Source: Pirellulales bacterium
GTDB lineage: Bacteria > Planctomycetota > Planctomycetia > Pirellulales > PALSA-1355
Reading direction: 5' to 3'
Assembly (NCBI GenBank): GCA_041750795.1
Contig: JBGSYQ010000529.1
Span: forward strand, 612-64,611
Length of the DNA stretch: 64,000 nt
Part shown: positions 26,175-35,564 of the stretch, in pieces
Position numbering within the stretch: the stretch's first letter is position 1
Layout: each line of letters starts with the position of its first letter
Notes under the pieces: model-generated
Told to the model about the DNA's origin: nothing
What the model saw: only the letters and a program-made list of their open reading frames with translations
The model's database searches: none
Position numbers and translations under genes: made by a program

Positions 26175-28286
26175 ATGAGAGGCCAGTCGACCGTCATGCC
26201 CGCCATTGCGAGCCGAATCACTCCGCGTCGAATTCTAGGGCTTGTTCTCGGGGCAGTGGTCCTGGCCGGCCTGTGCGTGCCGCTTCGCGACACGGCGGCC
26301 GAAGTCACCGGTCCGCAGCGCAACGATCGGCCGATCACCAAGGCGATCACGGTCTTGATGACGCGCCAGCATCTGACCCGGCATCCGCTGGATGACGAGA
26401 TCAGCAATCGCTGGATGAAAAACTACCTGAAAATGCTCGATCCGCGCAAGGTGTTCTTCAGCCAGGCGGACATCGACGAGTTCATGGTCTATCGCAATCA
26501 ATTGGACGACATGGCGCTGCAGGGAGACACCTCGTTCGCGTACCGTGTGTTCAACAAGTTTCTGACGCGGATCGACGAGCGGGTGAAGCTGGTCGACGAG
26601 ATCCTGGCCGGTCCGATCGACGAGACCGAAGACGAGGAGTTGATCACCGATCCCGACGCGATCAACTATGCCAAAACCGATGCTGAGGTGCGCGATCGCT
26701 GGCGTCAGCGCATCAAGTTCGACCTGCTCGAGCTATCGACCGACAAGCCGCCGTTGGAAGGCAAGGAAGCGCGCGACAAGGTTTCGAAGCGTTATCGTCA
26801 TCTGGCCAAACGGATGCGACAAACCAGCAACGACGAACTGCTGGAAATGTATCTCACCGGGCTGACCACGGCCTTCGATCCGCACACCAGCTACATGGGC
26901 GCGCACACGCTGGAAGATTTCGAGATCCAGATGAAGCTTAACCTGGAAGGGATCGGCGCGGCGCTCGAGGCTCCCGAAGGCGAGACCGTGGTGAAGAAGA
27001 TCATTCCGGGCGGTGCGGCTGCGAAAGACGGCCGGCTGAAGCCGGAAGATCGCATCGTCGGCGTCGGCCAGGACGTCAGCGGGCCCCTCGTGCCGGTGAC
27101 CGACATGAAGTTGCGCGACGTCGTGCGGCTGATTCGCGGCCACGAGGGCACGACGGTGCGCCTGGAAGTGCTGCCCAAGGGCGAAACGCAGAGCAAGGTT
27201 TATGACATCGTGCGGCAAAAGGTCGAATTGACCGACGCCGAGGCACGCAGCGAGATCCTGGAAGCCGGCACGAAGCCGGACGGCAAGCCCTACAAAGTGG
27301 GCGTGATCAACCTGCCCAGCTTCTACATGGACATGAGCGGCGCCCGCGAGGGTTTGCAGGATTTCAAGAGCACCACGCGCGACGTCTCCAAGCTGCTGGC
27401 CGACTTCAACGCCCAGGGCGTGGACGCAGTGATCATCGATCTGCGCACCAACGGCGGCGGATCGCTCACCGAATCGATCAAGCTGACCGGCCTGTTCATC
27501 GACAGCGGCCCGGTGGTGCAGGTGAAGGATTCCGACGGGCAGAAGCAACAGTACGACGATACTGAGCGTGGCGTGGAATGGGCCGGTCCGCTGGTCGTGT
27601 TGACCAGCAAGCTCAGCGCCAGCGCCAGCGAGATTTTCGCCGGAGCGATTCAAGACTATAAGCGCGGCATCATCGTGGGCGACCCGTCCACACACGGCAA
27701 GGGCACGGTGCAAAGCCTGCTCGATCTGGGGCAACGGCTGTTCGGCCGGTTGCCCAACTCGCCGCCCTTGGGCGCGCTGAAGATCACCGAGCAACAGTTT
27801 TATCGTCCCCAGGGCGATAGCACGCAAAACCGCGGCGTGCTGTCCGACGTCGTCTTGCCGTCGCTGATCGCGCAACTCGACGTCGGTGAGTCGGATCTCG
27901 ACTATGCGATGAAATTCGACCACGTCGATCCGGTCAGCTTCCGGGCCTACAACATGGTCAGCAAGAAGCTGCTCGATGATTTGAACGCGAGGTCGGCCGC
28001 CCGCCGCCAGGAGTCGGAAGACTTCCAGCGCGTGGTCAAGGACATCGAGCACTTCAACAAGCAGAAAGAGCGCAAGCGCATCTCGCTCAACAAGGAAAAA
28101 TTCCTGGCTGAGAAGAACGAGCTTTCGCCGGAGAAGCAGGAAGAAAAGACGCTCGAGGAACTGAATGATCCGAACCGCCCGGTGGTGGAGCGAAACTTCT
28201 ACTTCAATGAAGTGCTCGATATCACCACGGACTATCTGCAGATGCTCAACGGCGCGCCGCAAGCCGCTTCGGTCGGCCAACGCTGA
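26175..28286 (+). CDS. carboxy-terminal processing (tail-specific) protease, S41 family
   Basis: 703 aa. It has an N-terminal hydrophobic anchor, a PDZ-like region, an S41 catalytic block TSKLSASASEIFAGAIQDYKRGIIVGDPSTHGKGTVQ, and a C-terminal extension as in Prc. Confidence 0.9.
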   Translation: MRGQSTVMPAIASRITPRRILGLVLGAVVLAGLCVPLRDTAAEVTGPQRNDRPITKAITVLMTRQHLTRHPLDDEISNRWMKNYLKMLDPRKVFFSQADIDEFMVYRNQLDDMALQGDTSFAYRVFNKFLTRIDERVKLVDEILAGPIDETEDEELITDPDAINYAKTDAEVRDRWRQRIKFDLLELSTDKPPLEGKEARDKVSKRYRHLAKRMRQTSNDELLEMYLTGLTTAFDPHTSYMGAHTLEDFEIQMKLNLEGIGAALEAPEGETVVKKIIPGGAAAKDGRLKPEDRIVGVGQDVSGPLVPVTDMKLRDVVRLIRGHEGTTVRLEVLPKGETQSKVYDIVRQKVELTDAEARSEILEAGTKPDGKPYKVGVINLPSFYMDMSGAREGLQDFKSTTRDVSKLLADFNAQGVDAVIIDLRTNGGGSLTESIKLTGLFIDSGPVVQVKDSDGQKQQYDDTERGVEWAGPLVVLTSKLSASASEIFAGAIQDYKRGIIVGDPSTHGKGTVQSLLDLGQRLFGRLPNSPPLGALKITEQQFYRPQGDSTQNRGVLSDVVLPSLIAQLDVGESDLDYAMKFDHVDPVSFRAYNMVSKKLLDDLNARSAARRQESEDFQRVVKDIEHFNKQKERKRISLNKEKFLAEKNELSPEKQEEKTLEELNDPNRPVVERNFYFNEVLDITTDYLQMLNGAPQAASVGQR

Positions 28287-28320
28287 TTGGCCGGACCAGC
28301 CTCTCGCGCTGCAACCTTGC

Positions 28321-28350
28321 AAAGCCCTCGGCCTCGGCCGGGGGCTTTTT
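28321..28350. terminator. bidirectional intrinsic terminator between convergent genes
   Basis: AAA-GCCCTCGGC-CTCG-GCCGGGGGC-TTTTT forms a 9-bp stem (one G-U pair) with a 4-nt loop, an A-tract 5' and a T5 3'. It lies between the protease stop (28286) and the methyltransferase stop (28388). Confidence 0.7.
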
Positions 28351-28387
28351 CAGTAAGCGCCCGCCCGCAGAACCCTCATACGAATTG

Positions 28388-29098
28388 CTAGCCCTTGCGC
28401 GCCTGAAAGAAAATGCTCGGCACGGCCACCCGCGCGCCGCATTTCGCCAGCGCCAGCCGGGCCAGGCTCTTGAGTTTGCGACCCAACGAGCACTTGCGGA
28501 ACTGAACGAATGCGGTGACCCGGCAGGTAGCCGCGCCGAAATGCGGGGCCAGTTCGGCACGGATCCGGGGCACGTCGAAGCTGGTGGTGTGGCCCCAGCG
28601 ATGAAACACCTCGCGGCATTTGGGGCAAACGGCCAGGTTGTCTTCGAGCACTTCACAGTACGGCACTGAGCCCAACAGGTAACCGCCCGGCTTGAGCACC
28701 CGCTGGATTTCGGCGAGTCCCTGTTGCCGCTGATCGGCGGTCAAATGCTCGAGCACTTCGGAAATCACGACGAAGTTGAACTCGCCGGCGAGAAACGGCA
28801 TTTGTTCGACGCGACCCGTGCGTGCATCGATGCCCTGTTCAGCCAGTCGCCGAACGCTCGTTTCCGACGGATCGAGCGCGGCAACGGACCAGCCGCGCTG
28901 GTGAGCGAGCATTTCGAACCGGCCGTCGCCGATGCCGATGTTGAGCACGCGCGATTTCGATCCGCCGGCCAGCCGGCCGACGCGGCGCACCATGAACTCC
29001 AGCCGAGGATGGGAGTGTATGCCGCCGAAGACGTGCGGCGCTTCGTTCTGGAAATAATCCCAGATCGGTTCGTTGTGCTCCGCCTCATGGGTCGGCAT
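28388..29098 (-). CDS. class I SAM-dependent methyltransferase
   Basis: Motif I is VLNIGIGDG, followed by VVISEVLEHL and LKPGGYLL. A C-terminal CPKC...H.WGH zinc-ribbon-like tail is present. Start is ATG 29098 or GTG 29107. Confidence 0.85.
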   Translation of the reverse strand: MPTHEAEHNEPIWDYFQNEAPHVFGGIHSHPRLEFMVRRVGRLAGGSKSRVLNIGIGDGRFEMLAHQRGWSVAALDPSETSVRRLAEQGIDARTGRVEQMPFLAGEFNFVVISEVLEHLTADQRQQGLAEIQRVLKPGGYLLGSVPYCEVLEDNLAVCPKCREVFHRWGHTTSFDVPRIRAELAPHFGAATCRVTAFVQFRKCSLGRKLKSLARLALAKCGARVAVPSIFFQARKG

Positions 29099-29127
29099 CG
29101 AAATCACCCGGTTGCTGCCACTGAGAC

Positions 29128-29892
29128 TTACGTCAACGGGATGCGCAATCCGTCGTAGCCCAGCTCCATTCCCTCGGGTAGCGACGCGTTGGTCGCCGCG
29201 TGCTCCAGGTCGTGTGACATGTGCGTGAAGTAGGTTCGCGCGGCGCCGACCTTGCGTGCCACGTCGACCGCTTCGCCCAGGCTGAAGTGCGTGGGGTGCG
29301 GATTGGGGCGCAGGGCGTCGAGCACCAGCACGTCGAGACCCTCAAGCAGCGGCCAACTCTCCGGCGGAATGCCGTTGGTGTCGGTGCAATAGGCGACGTT
29401 GCCAAAGCGAAAGCCCAGCACGCGAAACCGCCCATGGCCCAAGCGGATGGGAATGATGCGCTGCGAAAGCACTTCAAAGGGCTCGGTGGCAATGGTGTGA
29501 AAGTCGATCTGCGGCACGCCCCCGGCATAGTTTTGCGTTTCGGCGGCAAAGGCATAATCGAACGACTTGCGTATCCGCGCTTCGACGTTGGTTTCGCAAT
29601 AGACGGGCAGGGCATGCCCGAGCGTAGAGGGAAACAAACGCAGATCATCCAGCCCGAAGACGTGATCGGCATGGTCGTGGGTGTATAGCGCAGCATGGAC
29701 GATACCGATCTTCTCGCGGAGCAACTGTGTGCGCAGATCGGGGGGCGAATCGACCAGCAGGTTGCCGCCGGCCAGCCCTAACACCAGGCCACAGCGAGTG
29801 CGATTGTTGCGGGGATCGGCGCTGGTGCAGGTGTCGCAGCCACAGCCGATGACCGGCACGCCGACCGAAGTGCCCGTCCCCAGAAAGAGCAT
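29128..29892 (-). CDS. MBL-fold metallo-hydrolase, PhnP-like
   Basis: LFLGTGTSVGVP, a CGCDTC cysteine cluster and YTHDHADH (HxHxDH). The ORF extends to 29931. I prefer Met 29892, which gives the usual short N-terminus. Confidence 0.85.
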   Translation of the reverse strand: MLFLGTGTSVGVPVIGCGCDTCTSADPRNNRTRCGLVLGLAGGNLLVDSPPDLRTQLLREKIGIVHAALYTHDHADHVFGLDDLRLFPSTLGHALPVYCETNVEARIRKSFDYAFAAETQNYAGGVPQIDFHTIATEPFEVLSQRIIPIRLGHGRFRVLGFRFGNVAYCTDTNGIPPESWPLLEGLDVLVLDALRPNPHPTHFSLGEAVDVARKVGAARTYFTHMSHDLEHAATNASLPEGMELGYDGLRIPLT

Positions 29893-30085
29893 GTGGCCGC
29901 GGATGTCGGTAGTGACGATCGACCGCTTCACGAGGAGCCGTTTGTTGCGAAGTTCAGGAGTGCTCGAAACTTACCACGAGGGACGCCGCGTGTCGGCGGG
30001 GTGCCAAGCGGGCCTGGGCGCGGTGGCGAACGCGGGGGCCGGTTTGGCCGTATATCTAACGCTCGCCTGGACGGCCCAACCGTTA

Positions 30086-30114
30086 TTGACCATTCGTCAG
30101 AATCGTTATAAATT
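30086..30114 (+). promoter_or_regulatory. sigma-70-like promoter candidate upstream of secA
   Basis: TTGACC (30086-30091), a 17-nt spacer, then TAAATT (30109-30114), inside a locally AT-rich patch about 115 nt before ATG 30231. Pattern match only. Confidence 0.3.
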
Positions 30115-30230
30115 ACGGTGCTTGCGAATGTTACGCGATTTTCACGTTCGTGGGTCCCGCTTGGAATCGGGATAGCGCCGCCCTGGGGCGGCTGCCCGCC
30201 CTCTTCGCCAAAAATTGGTGCAAACCGAGT

Positions 30231-33200
30231 ATGGAAGTTCTGGAACAGATTTGGGAACTGATCAGCGGCTTCATGAACGCTGTGGGCAGCGGTTTCGAGC
30301 GTGCAGTGACGTCGCTGTTCGGCTCATCCAATGCCAGATATATCAAGAAGTTACAGCCCAGGGTCGAGGCGATCAACGCCTTGGAGCCGAAATTCCAAGA
30401 GATGAGTGACGTCGAGCTGGCTCACCAGACGGTGTTGTTCCGCAAACGATTGGCAGAGGGCGAAGCGGTCGACGATCTATTGATCGAGGCGTTTGCCGCC
30501 TGCCGCGAGAGTGGCCGTCGCCACCTCGGCATGCGGCACTACGACGTGCAGTTGATCGGCGGCATGATCCTGCACACCGGCAACATTGCCGAAATGGTCA
30601 CCGGCGAAGGCAAAACCCTGGTGGCCACGCTGCCGGCCTATCTCAACGCCCTGGAGGGCAAGGGCGTCCACGTCATCACGGTCAACGACTATCTGGCCCG
30701 ACGCGACATGGAGTGGATGGGACCGTTGTACATGGGGCTGGGGCTCACCGTCGGCAACATCCAGTCGGGCATGGATTCGGGCGAGCGGCAGAAGTCGTAC
30801 GCCTGCGACATCACCTACGGCACGAACAACGAGTTCGGCTTTGACTATCTGCGTGACAACATGCGCCCGGCCGCACGCGGCGACGACGAACACTATCCCA
30901 AGCACCTGCAACAGGCGCAAGGCCCGCTGCACTTCGCCATCATCGACGAAGTGGACAATATCTTGATCGACGAGGCACGCACGCCGCTGATCATTTCGGG
31001 CCCGGCGCACGACGACGTCAGCCGCTATTCACACGCCGACAAGATCGCGCGGCAATTGAAAAAAGACACGCATTTCGAGGTCAAGGAGAAGGAGCACACC
31101 GTCCACCTGACCGATGAGGGGGTGCGCGCGGCCGAGAAGCTGGCCGGCGTAGAAAGCTTTTACACCTCGGGCCACATGGAATGGCCCCACCTGATCGACA
31201 ATGCGCTGAAGGCCCATTATCTGTACAAGCGCGACGTGAACTACGTGGTGATGGACGGTGAAATCATCATCGTCGACGAGTTCACCGGCCGCTTGATGCA
31301 GGGCCGCAACTGGAGCGACGGCCTGCACCAGGCCGTGGAAGCCAAGGAAAGTGTGCGCGTCAAGGAAGAAAACCAGACACTGGCCACGATCACGCTGCAG
31401 AATTTCTTCAAGCTGTACGACAAGATCTGCGGGATGACCGGCACGGCCATGACCGAGGCCAGCGAGTTCTGGAAGATCTACAAGCTGGACGTGTTTGCCG
31501 TGCCCACCAATCGCCCGCTGGTGCGGATCAGCGAGCCGGACGTCATTTTCCGCACCGAGCGCGAGAAGTTTCACGCGATCGCCGACGAGATCGAGCGGAA
31601 TCATCGCTACGACGTGATCGAGTTGAAAGACCGCACCGAGCGCGTGGGCACCATCCTCCGCGAGGACGAAAACGAAATCGAGGTCCAACTGCGCGAGGGG
31701 AAGGAACGCGAAACGGTCCCCCGCGCCATCGTCGACCACGTGCAGAAGCACGGCCGGCCGGTGCTGGTGGGCACCGTGTCGATCGAGAAGAGCGAGCGGC
31801 TGTCGGCGGCGCTGGCCAAACGCGGCATCGAGCACGAGGTGCTCAACGCCAAGCACCACAAGCGCGAAGCCGAGATCGTGGCCCAGGCCGGCCGCAAAGG
31901 CGCCGTCACCATCGCCACGAACATGGCCGGCCGCGGCACCGACATCATCCTGGGCGGAAACGCCGAAACCATGGCCTGGGCTCTGCTGCAGGAAAAGTAT
32001 GCCACGCGCCTCGACGTGCCGCAGGACGAGTGGACCGCCCTGGTCAAGGAAATCGAAGAGCGCGAAAACATGAAGCCCGAGGGGATGGAAGTCCGCGGGC
32101 TGGGCGGTTTGCAGATCATCGGCACCGAGCGACACGAAGCACGCCGCATCGACTTGCAATTGCGCGGACGCTGCGGACGCCAGGGCGATCCGGGCCGCAG
32201 CCAGTTTTATCTCTCGCTGGAAGACGACCTGATGCGGATCTTCGCCGGCGAGTGGGTGAAGAACGTGTTGACGCGGCTGGGCATGCAAGAGGGCGAGGCC
32301 ATTCGCAGCCGCATGGTCACGCGCCGCGTCGAAGGCGCTCAGAAGAAGGTCGAAGAACGCAACTTCGAAATTCGCAAGAACCTGCTCGAATACGACGAAG
32401 TGATGGACGAGCAGCGCAAGCGCGTCTATGGCTATCGCCAGCGCCTGCTCGACGGCGTCAACTGCAAGCAGTTGATCCTCGAGATGATGGACAAGCAGGT
32501 CGACGAGCACCTCGACGAGTTTCTCGACAAGGACTACGGCACCGACACCTTCGCCAAGTGGGCCGGCGGGCAGTTGTCGGTCGAGCTGGACGCGCGGGAC
32601 TTTCGCGGGCTGGACTATGCCTCGGCCGCCCGGCAGGCCAAGGACGTGGCGTTGGGGCTGGCCGAAAGCCAGGTGTTCGACGCCATCGAGGAGAACCTGC
32701 CCGAGGAGGAAGACCCGGCCGAGTGGAATTGGGAGGCGTTGGCGAAGCTGGCCAATCAGCGCTGGAAGCTGAACCTGCGCGACCGCGATCTGAAGAAGAT
32801 CGAGCGCGACGCGCTGGCCGAGCACCTGATCGAAAAAGCGCACGAAGCCATCGAAGCGGTGCAGTTGGACGAAGGCGCCCGCTTTCTGGCCGAGGATTTC
32901 AGCATTCGCGAAGCAGCCGGCTGGATGCGCAACAAGTTCGGCATCGTGCTCGACCCGGTCGAGCTGGCGACGCTCGAGCCCGCCGCGATCAAGCAACAGG
33001 CGCACGAGCGCGCCGGCCACGCCTACGAGCAGCGCGAGACGATCTATCCGGTCGCCAACGCAATCAGTTTCTTCACCCGGCAGGATGCGCAAGGCCAGAA
33101 GCGAATCGATCGCGACCAGCTCGTGGCCTGGGCCCGGCAGCGATTTGCCGTCGAGATGACGGTCGACGATCTGAAGAACCTGCAGCGCGAAGAGATCGAA

Positions 33201-33929
33201 GCGCGGCTGATCGAGCACAGCCGCAAGCACCTGGCCCGCACCGGGAAGGCGCTGGCGGAAGTGCAGCAAAAAGTCGCCAATTTGTTCAATGGCGCCGATG
33301 CCAAGCAGACGGTCGCCCTGGCCAGCGGAGGCAATGGCGCGCTCACGTCGCTGACCGACTGGCTCGAACACAGCCTGGACTACAAAGTCTCGCCCGAAAA
33401 ACTGGCGACGCTCAATCGCGAGCAGCTCCAGCGCAAGCTGGAAACGGCCGTCGAGGACCGCTATCGGCCGGAGATGCGCCGACTGGAACGCGAGCTGGTG
33501 TTGCAGATTCTCGACACGGCGTGGAAGGACCACCTGCTGGCGATGGATCACCTGCGCTCCAGCGTGGGATTGCGTGGTTATGCCCAGGTCGATCCCAAGG
33601 TGGAATACAAGCGCGAGGGTATGCGCACCTTCGAGCTGATGTGGTCGAGCGTGGCCGAGCGCGTGACCGATCTGGTTTTCCGCATGGAACAGGTTGATGA
33701 AAAGGCTGCCTCGCCGTGGACCGAAGCGCAGGCCATTCACGAAGAGGCCCCCTCGGCCACGGACATCGCCGGCCAGCAGCAGGCCGCCATCGATGGCACG
33801 CAGGTCGATCGCAAACTGGAGCCGATTCGCAACCGCCAGGATCACGTGCGCCGCAACGACCCATGCCCCTGCGGCAGCGGCAAGAAGTTCAAGAACTGCT
33901 GCATGCGAAAAGACGGCGCTGCCGCATGA
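30231..33929 (+). CDS. secA: preprotein translocase ATPase SecA (extended form)
   Basis: ATG 30231 (MEVLEQIWELISGF...). Motifs are MVTGEGKTLVATL (Walker A), IIDEVDNILIDEARTPLIISG, ATNMAGRGTDI and LRGYAQVDPKVEYKREG. A C-terminal zinc finger CPCGSGKKFKNCC is present. Length is 1232 aa. Confidence 0.95.
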   Translation: MEVLEQIWELISGFMNAVGSGFERAVTSLFGSSNARYIKKLQPRVEAINALEPKFQEMSDVELAHQTVLFRKRLAEGEAVDDLLIEAFAACRESGRRHLGMRHYDVQLIGGMILHTGNIAEMVTGEGKTLVATLPAYLNALEGKGVHVITVNDYLARRDMEWMGPLYMGLGLTVGNIQSGMDSGERQKSYACDITYGTNNEFGFDYLRDNMRPAARGDDEHYPKHLQQAQGPLHFAIIDEVDNILIDEARTPLIISGPAHDDVSRYSHADKIARQLKKDTHFEVKEKEHTVHLTDEGVRAAEKLAGVESFYTSGHMEWPHLIDNALKAHYLYKRDVNYVVMDGEIIIVDEFTGRLMQGRNWSDGLHQAVEAKESVRVKEENQTLATITLQNFFKLYDKICGMTGTAMTEASEFWKIYKLDVFAVPTNRPLVRISEPDVIFRTEREKFHAIADEIERNHRYDVIELKDRTERVGTILREDENEIEVQLREGKERETVPRAIVDHVQKHGRPVLVGTVSIEKSERLSAALAKRGIEHEVLNAKHHKREAEIVAQAGRKGAVTIATNMAGRGTDIILGGNAETMAWALLQEKYATRLDVPQDEWTALVKEIEERENMKPEGMEVRGLGGLQIIGTERHEARRIDLQLRGRCGRQGDPGRSQFYLSLEDDLMRIFAGEWVKNVLTRLGMQEGEAIRSRMVTRRVEGAQKKVEERNFEIRKNLLEYDEVMDEQRKRVYGYRQRLLDGVNCKQLILEMMDKQVDEHLDEFLDKDYGTDTFAKWAGGQLSVELDARDFRGLDYASAARQAKDVALGLAESQVFDAIEENLPEEEDPAEWNWEALAKLANQRWKLNLRDRDLKKIERDALAEHLIEKAHEAIEAVQLDEGARFLAEDFSIREAAGWMRNKFGIVLDPVELATLEPAAIKQQAHERAGHAYEQRETIYPVANAISFFTRQDAQGQKRIDRDQLVAWARQRFAVEMTVDDLKNLQREEIEARLIEHSRKHLARTGKALAEVQQKVANLFNGADAKQTVALASGGNGALTSLTDWLEHSLDYKVSPEKLATLNREQLQRKLETAVEDRYRPEMRRLERELVLQILDTAWKDHLLAMDHLRSSVGLRGYAQVDPKVEYKREGMRTFELMWSSVAERVTDLVFRMEQVDEKAASPWTEAQAIHEEAPSATDIAGQQQAAIDGTQVDRKLEPIRNRQDHVRRNDPCPCGSGKKFKNCCMRKDGAAA

Positions 33930-34045
33930 CGACGGCCAGGGGCTGGCGACAGGAGGGAAGAAGGACAGCAGCCCGCCGGACGATTCCGGTCGGATGGGCG
34001 CTGTCTCAGTGTGCATCGAACACGTGGGAAAGGAGTCCCGACGCG

Positions 34046-35359
34046 ATGCGTTATCTATTCAATTTGCTGTATGCGGTGTTCCTGCTGGCCAGCCTGCCAT
34101 GGCTGGTGGTGGCGGCCGTCCGCCGCGGCAAGTATCGCACTGGCTGGGGCGCAAAGCTGCTGGGGCTGGTGCCGCTGCGCACCTCGACGGCCCCGTGCGT
34201 CTGGCTGCACGCGGTGAGCCTGGGCGAAGTGAGCCTGATCGGACCATTGGTTGCCGAGATACGCCGGCGGCACCCGGATTGGCAGATCGCGGTTTCCACG
34301 ACCACGCTCACCGGCTATGAACTGGCTCGACTGCGCTACGCGGATCACCTGGTTTTCTATTGCCCGCTGGACTTCAGTTGGGCCGTGCGGCGGGCGATGA
34401 CGCGCATCCGGCCCACGATGCTGCTGCTGGTGGAGTTGGAGCTGTGGCCGAACCTGATCGATGCCGCCGGCAAAGCCGGGGCGAAGGTAGCGGTCATCAA
34501 CGGCCGCTTGAGCGATCGCAGCTTTCGCGGCTACGGCCGTTTCCGCCCGCTGGTGAGCCGGCTGCTGGCCAGGCTCGACGTCATCGCCGCGCAGAACGCG
34601 CAATACGCCGATCGCTTCCTGGCCTTGGGAGCGCGCGACGAGTCGGTCTACGTCACCGGCTCGCTCAAGTTCGACGGCGCCGCGACCGATCGCGACAATC
34701 CGCGCACCACCGCCCTGCGTATGCTGGCCGGGTTGAAGTCGAGCGACGCGGTGTTTCTGGCCGGCAGCACGCAGGAGCCCGAGGAGCAACTGGCGCTCGA
34801 CGCGTATCGGCAGCTTGTCGGCGCGCATCCGGAACTGCGTCTGGTGATCGTGCCGCGGCACCCGGAGCGGTTCGAGGAGGTGGCGCGGTTGTTGGAAGCA
34901 ACCGGTGTGCCGTGGCAGCGCCGCACGGCGCTGGATCAACAGCCGGCCGATCCGCGAGCCCGCATTCTGCTGGTCGATCGCGTGGGCGAGTTGGCGGCCT
35001 GGTGGGGCGCCGCGCACATCGCCTACGTCGGCGGCAGCATGGGCGAGCGACAGGGCCAGAACATGATCGAGCCGGCCGCCTATGGCGCCGCGGTTTCGTT
35101 CGGCCCCAAGACGCGCAACTTCAAGGACGTGGTAGCGGCGCTGTTGGCGGCAAATGCGGCGGTTGTGGTACAGGACGGGCCGGGGCTGACAGCGTTCGTC
35201 CGCCGTGCATTGGAGCAGCCGGGCTTTGCCGACGATCTGGGCGCCCGCGCCCAGCGCGTGGTCCGTGCACAGCTTGGAGCAACCGCACGGACGGTCGACC
35301 TGCTCGATGCATTGGTGACGCAGTCGAGTCGGTCCAGCGACCGTCGCACGGCAGCTTGA
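34046..35359 (+). CDS. waaA: 3-deoxy-D-manno-octulosonic acid (Kdo) transferase
   Basis: ATG 34046 is preceded by GGAAAGGAG. It has an N-terminal TM helix, WLHAVSLGEV, and a GT30 layout with a C-terminal YVGGSM...GQNMIEPAA block. The longer ORF from 33716 overlaps secA and is rejected. Confidence 0.9.
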   Translation: MRYLFNLLYAVFLLASLPWLVVAAVRRGKYRTGWGAKLLGLVPLRTSTAPCVWLHAVSLGEVSLIGPLVAEIRRRHPDWQIAVSTTTLTGYELARLRYADHLVFYCPLDFSWAVRRAMTRIRPTMLLLVELELWPNLIDAAGKAGAKVAVINGRLSDRSFRGYGRFRPLVSRLLARLDVIAAQNAQYADRFLALGARDESVYVTGSLKFDGAATDRDNPRTTALRMLAGLKSSDAVFLAGSTQEPEEQLALDAYRQLVGAHPELRLVIVPRHPERFEEVARLLEATGVPWQRRTALDQQPADPRARILLVDRVGELAAWWGAAHIAYVGGSMGERQGQNMIEPAAYGAAVSFGPKTRNFKDVVAALLAANAAVVVQDGPGLTAFVRRALEQPGFADDLGARAQRVVRAQLGATARTVDLLDALVTQSSRSSDRRTAA

Positions 35360-35455
35360 GTAGGTCTGCGTCGCAAGACATGCGGCATGGCCTCATGCTG
35401 AAGCCTGTACTCCAACGGGCAAAAAGCCGGGACTCCAACCGCCCGCGACCGCCGG

Positions 35456-35485
35456 TTGCGACGCGCTGTTGCTGGCAGCTATAAT
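35456..35485 (+). promoter_or_regulatory. sigma-70-like promoter candidate for metK
   Basis: TTGCGA (35456-35461), an 18-nt spacer, then a perfect TATAAT (35480-35485), about 80 nt upstream of the metK start. Confidence 0.35.
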
Positions 35486-35564
35486 GCTAGGCTATCTTGT
35501 GTGGCGGTGGTATTTGCCGGGCTGTTTGCCCCGGCGTTCCTTTTGTCGGCTAGGAGACGCGCAC

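Noticed and set aside
31029-34016. There are very long antisense ORFs: 995 aa opposite secA, and similar ones at 583-2181, 7274-8929, 22881-24727, 52327-53634 and 56470-58299.
   Set aside because: Their translations are R/A/G/P/H-rich with no motifs. They lie exactly opposite genes that have strong family signatures. This is the typical stop-codon depletion of the antisense strand in GC-rich DNA.
33716-34045. An upstream extension of the waaA ORF (from 33716) overlaps the secA 3' end.
   Set aside because: The extension is R/P/A-rich junk in a frame overlapping the well-supported SecA C-terminus. ATG 34046 has a GGAAAGGAG ribosome-binding site and gives a normal Kdo-transferase N-terminal TM helix.
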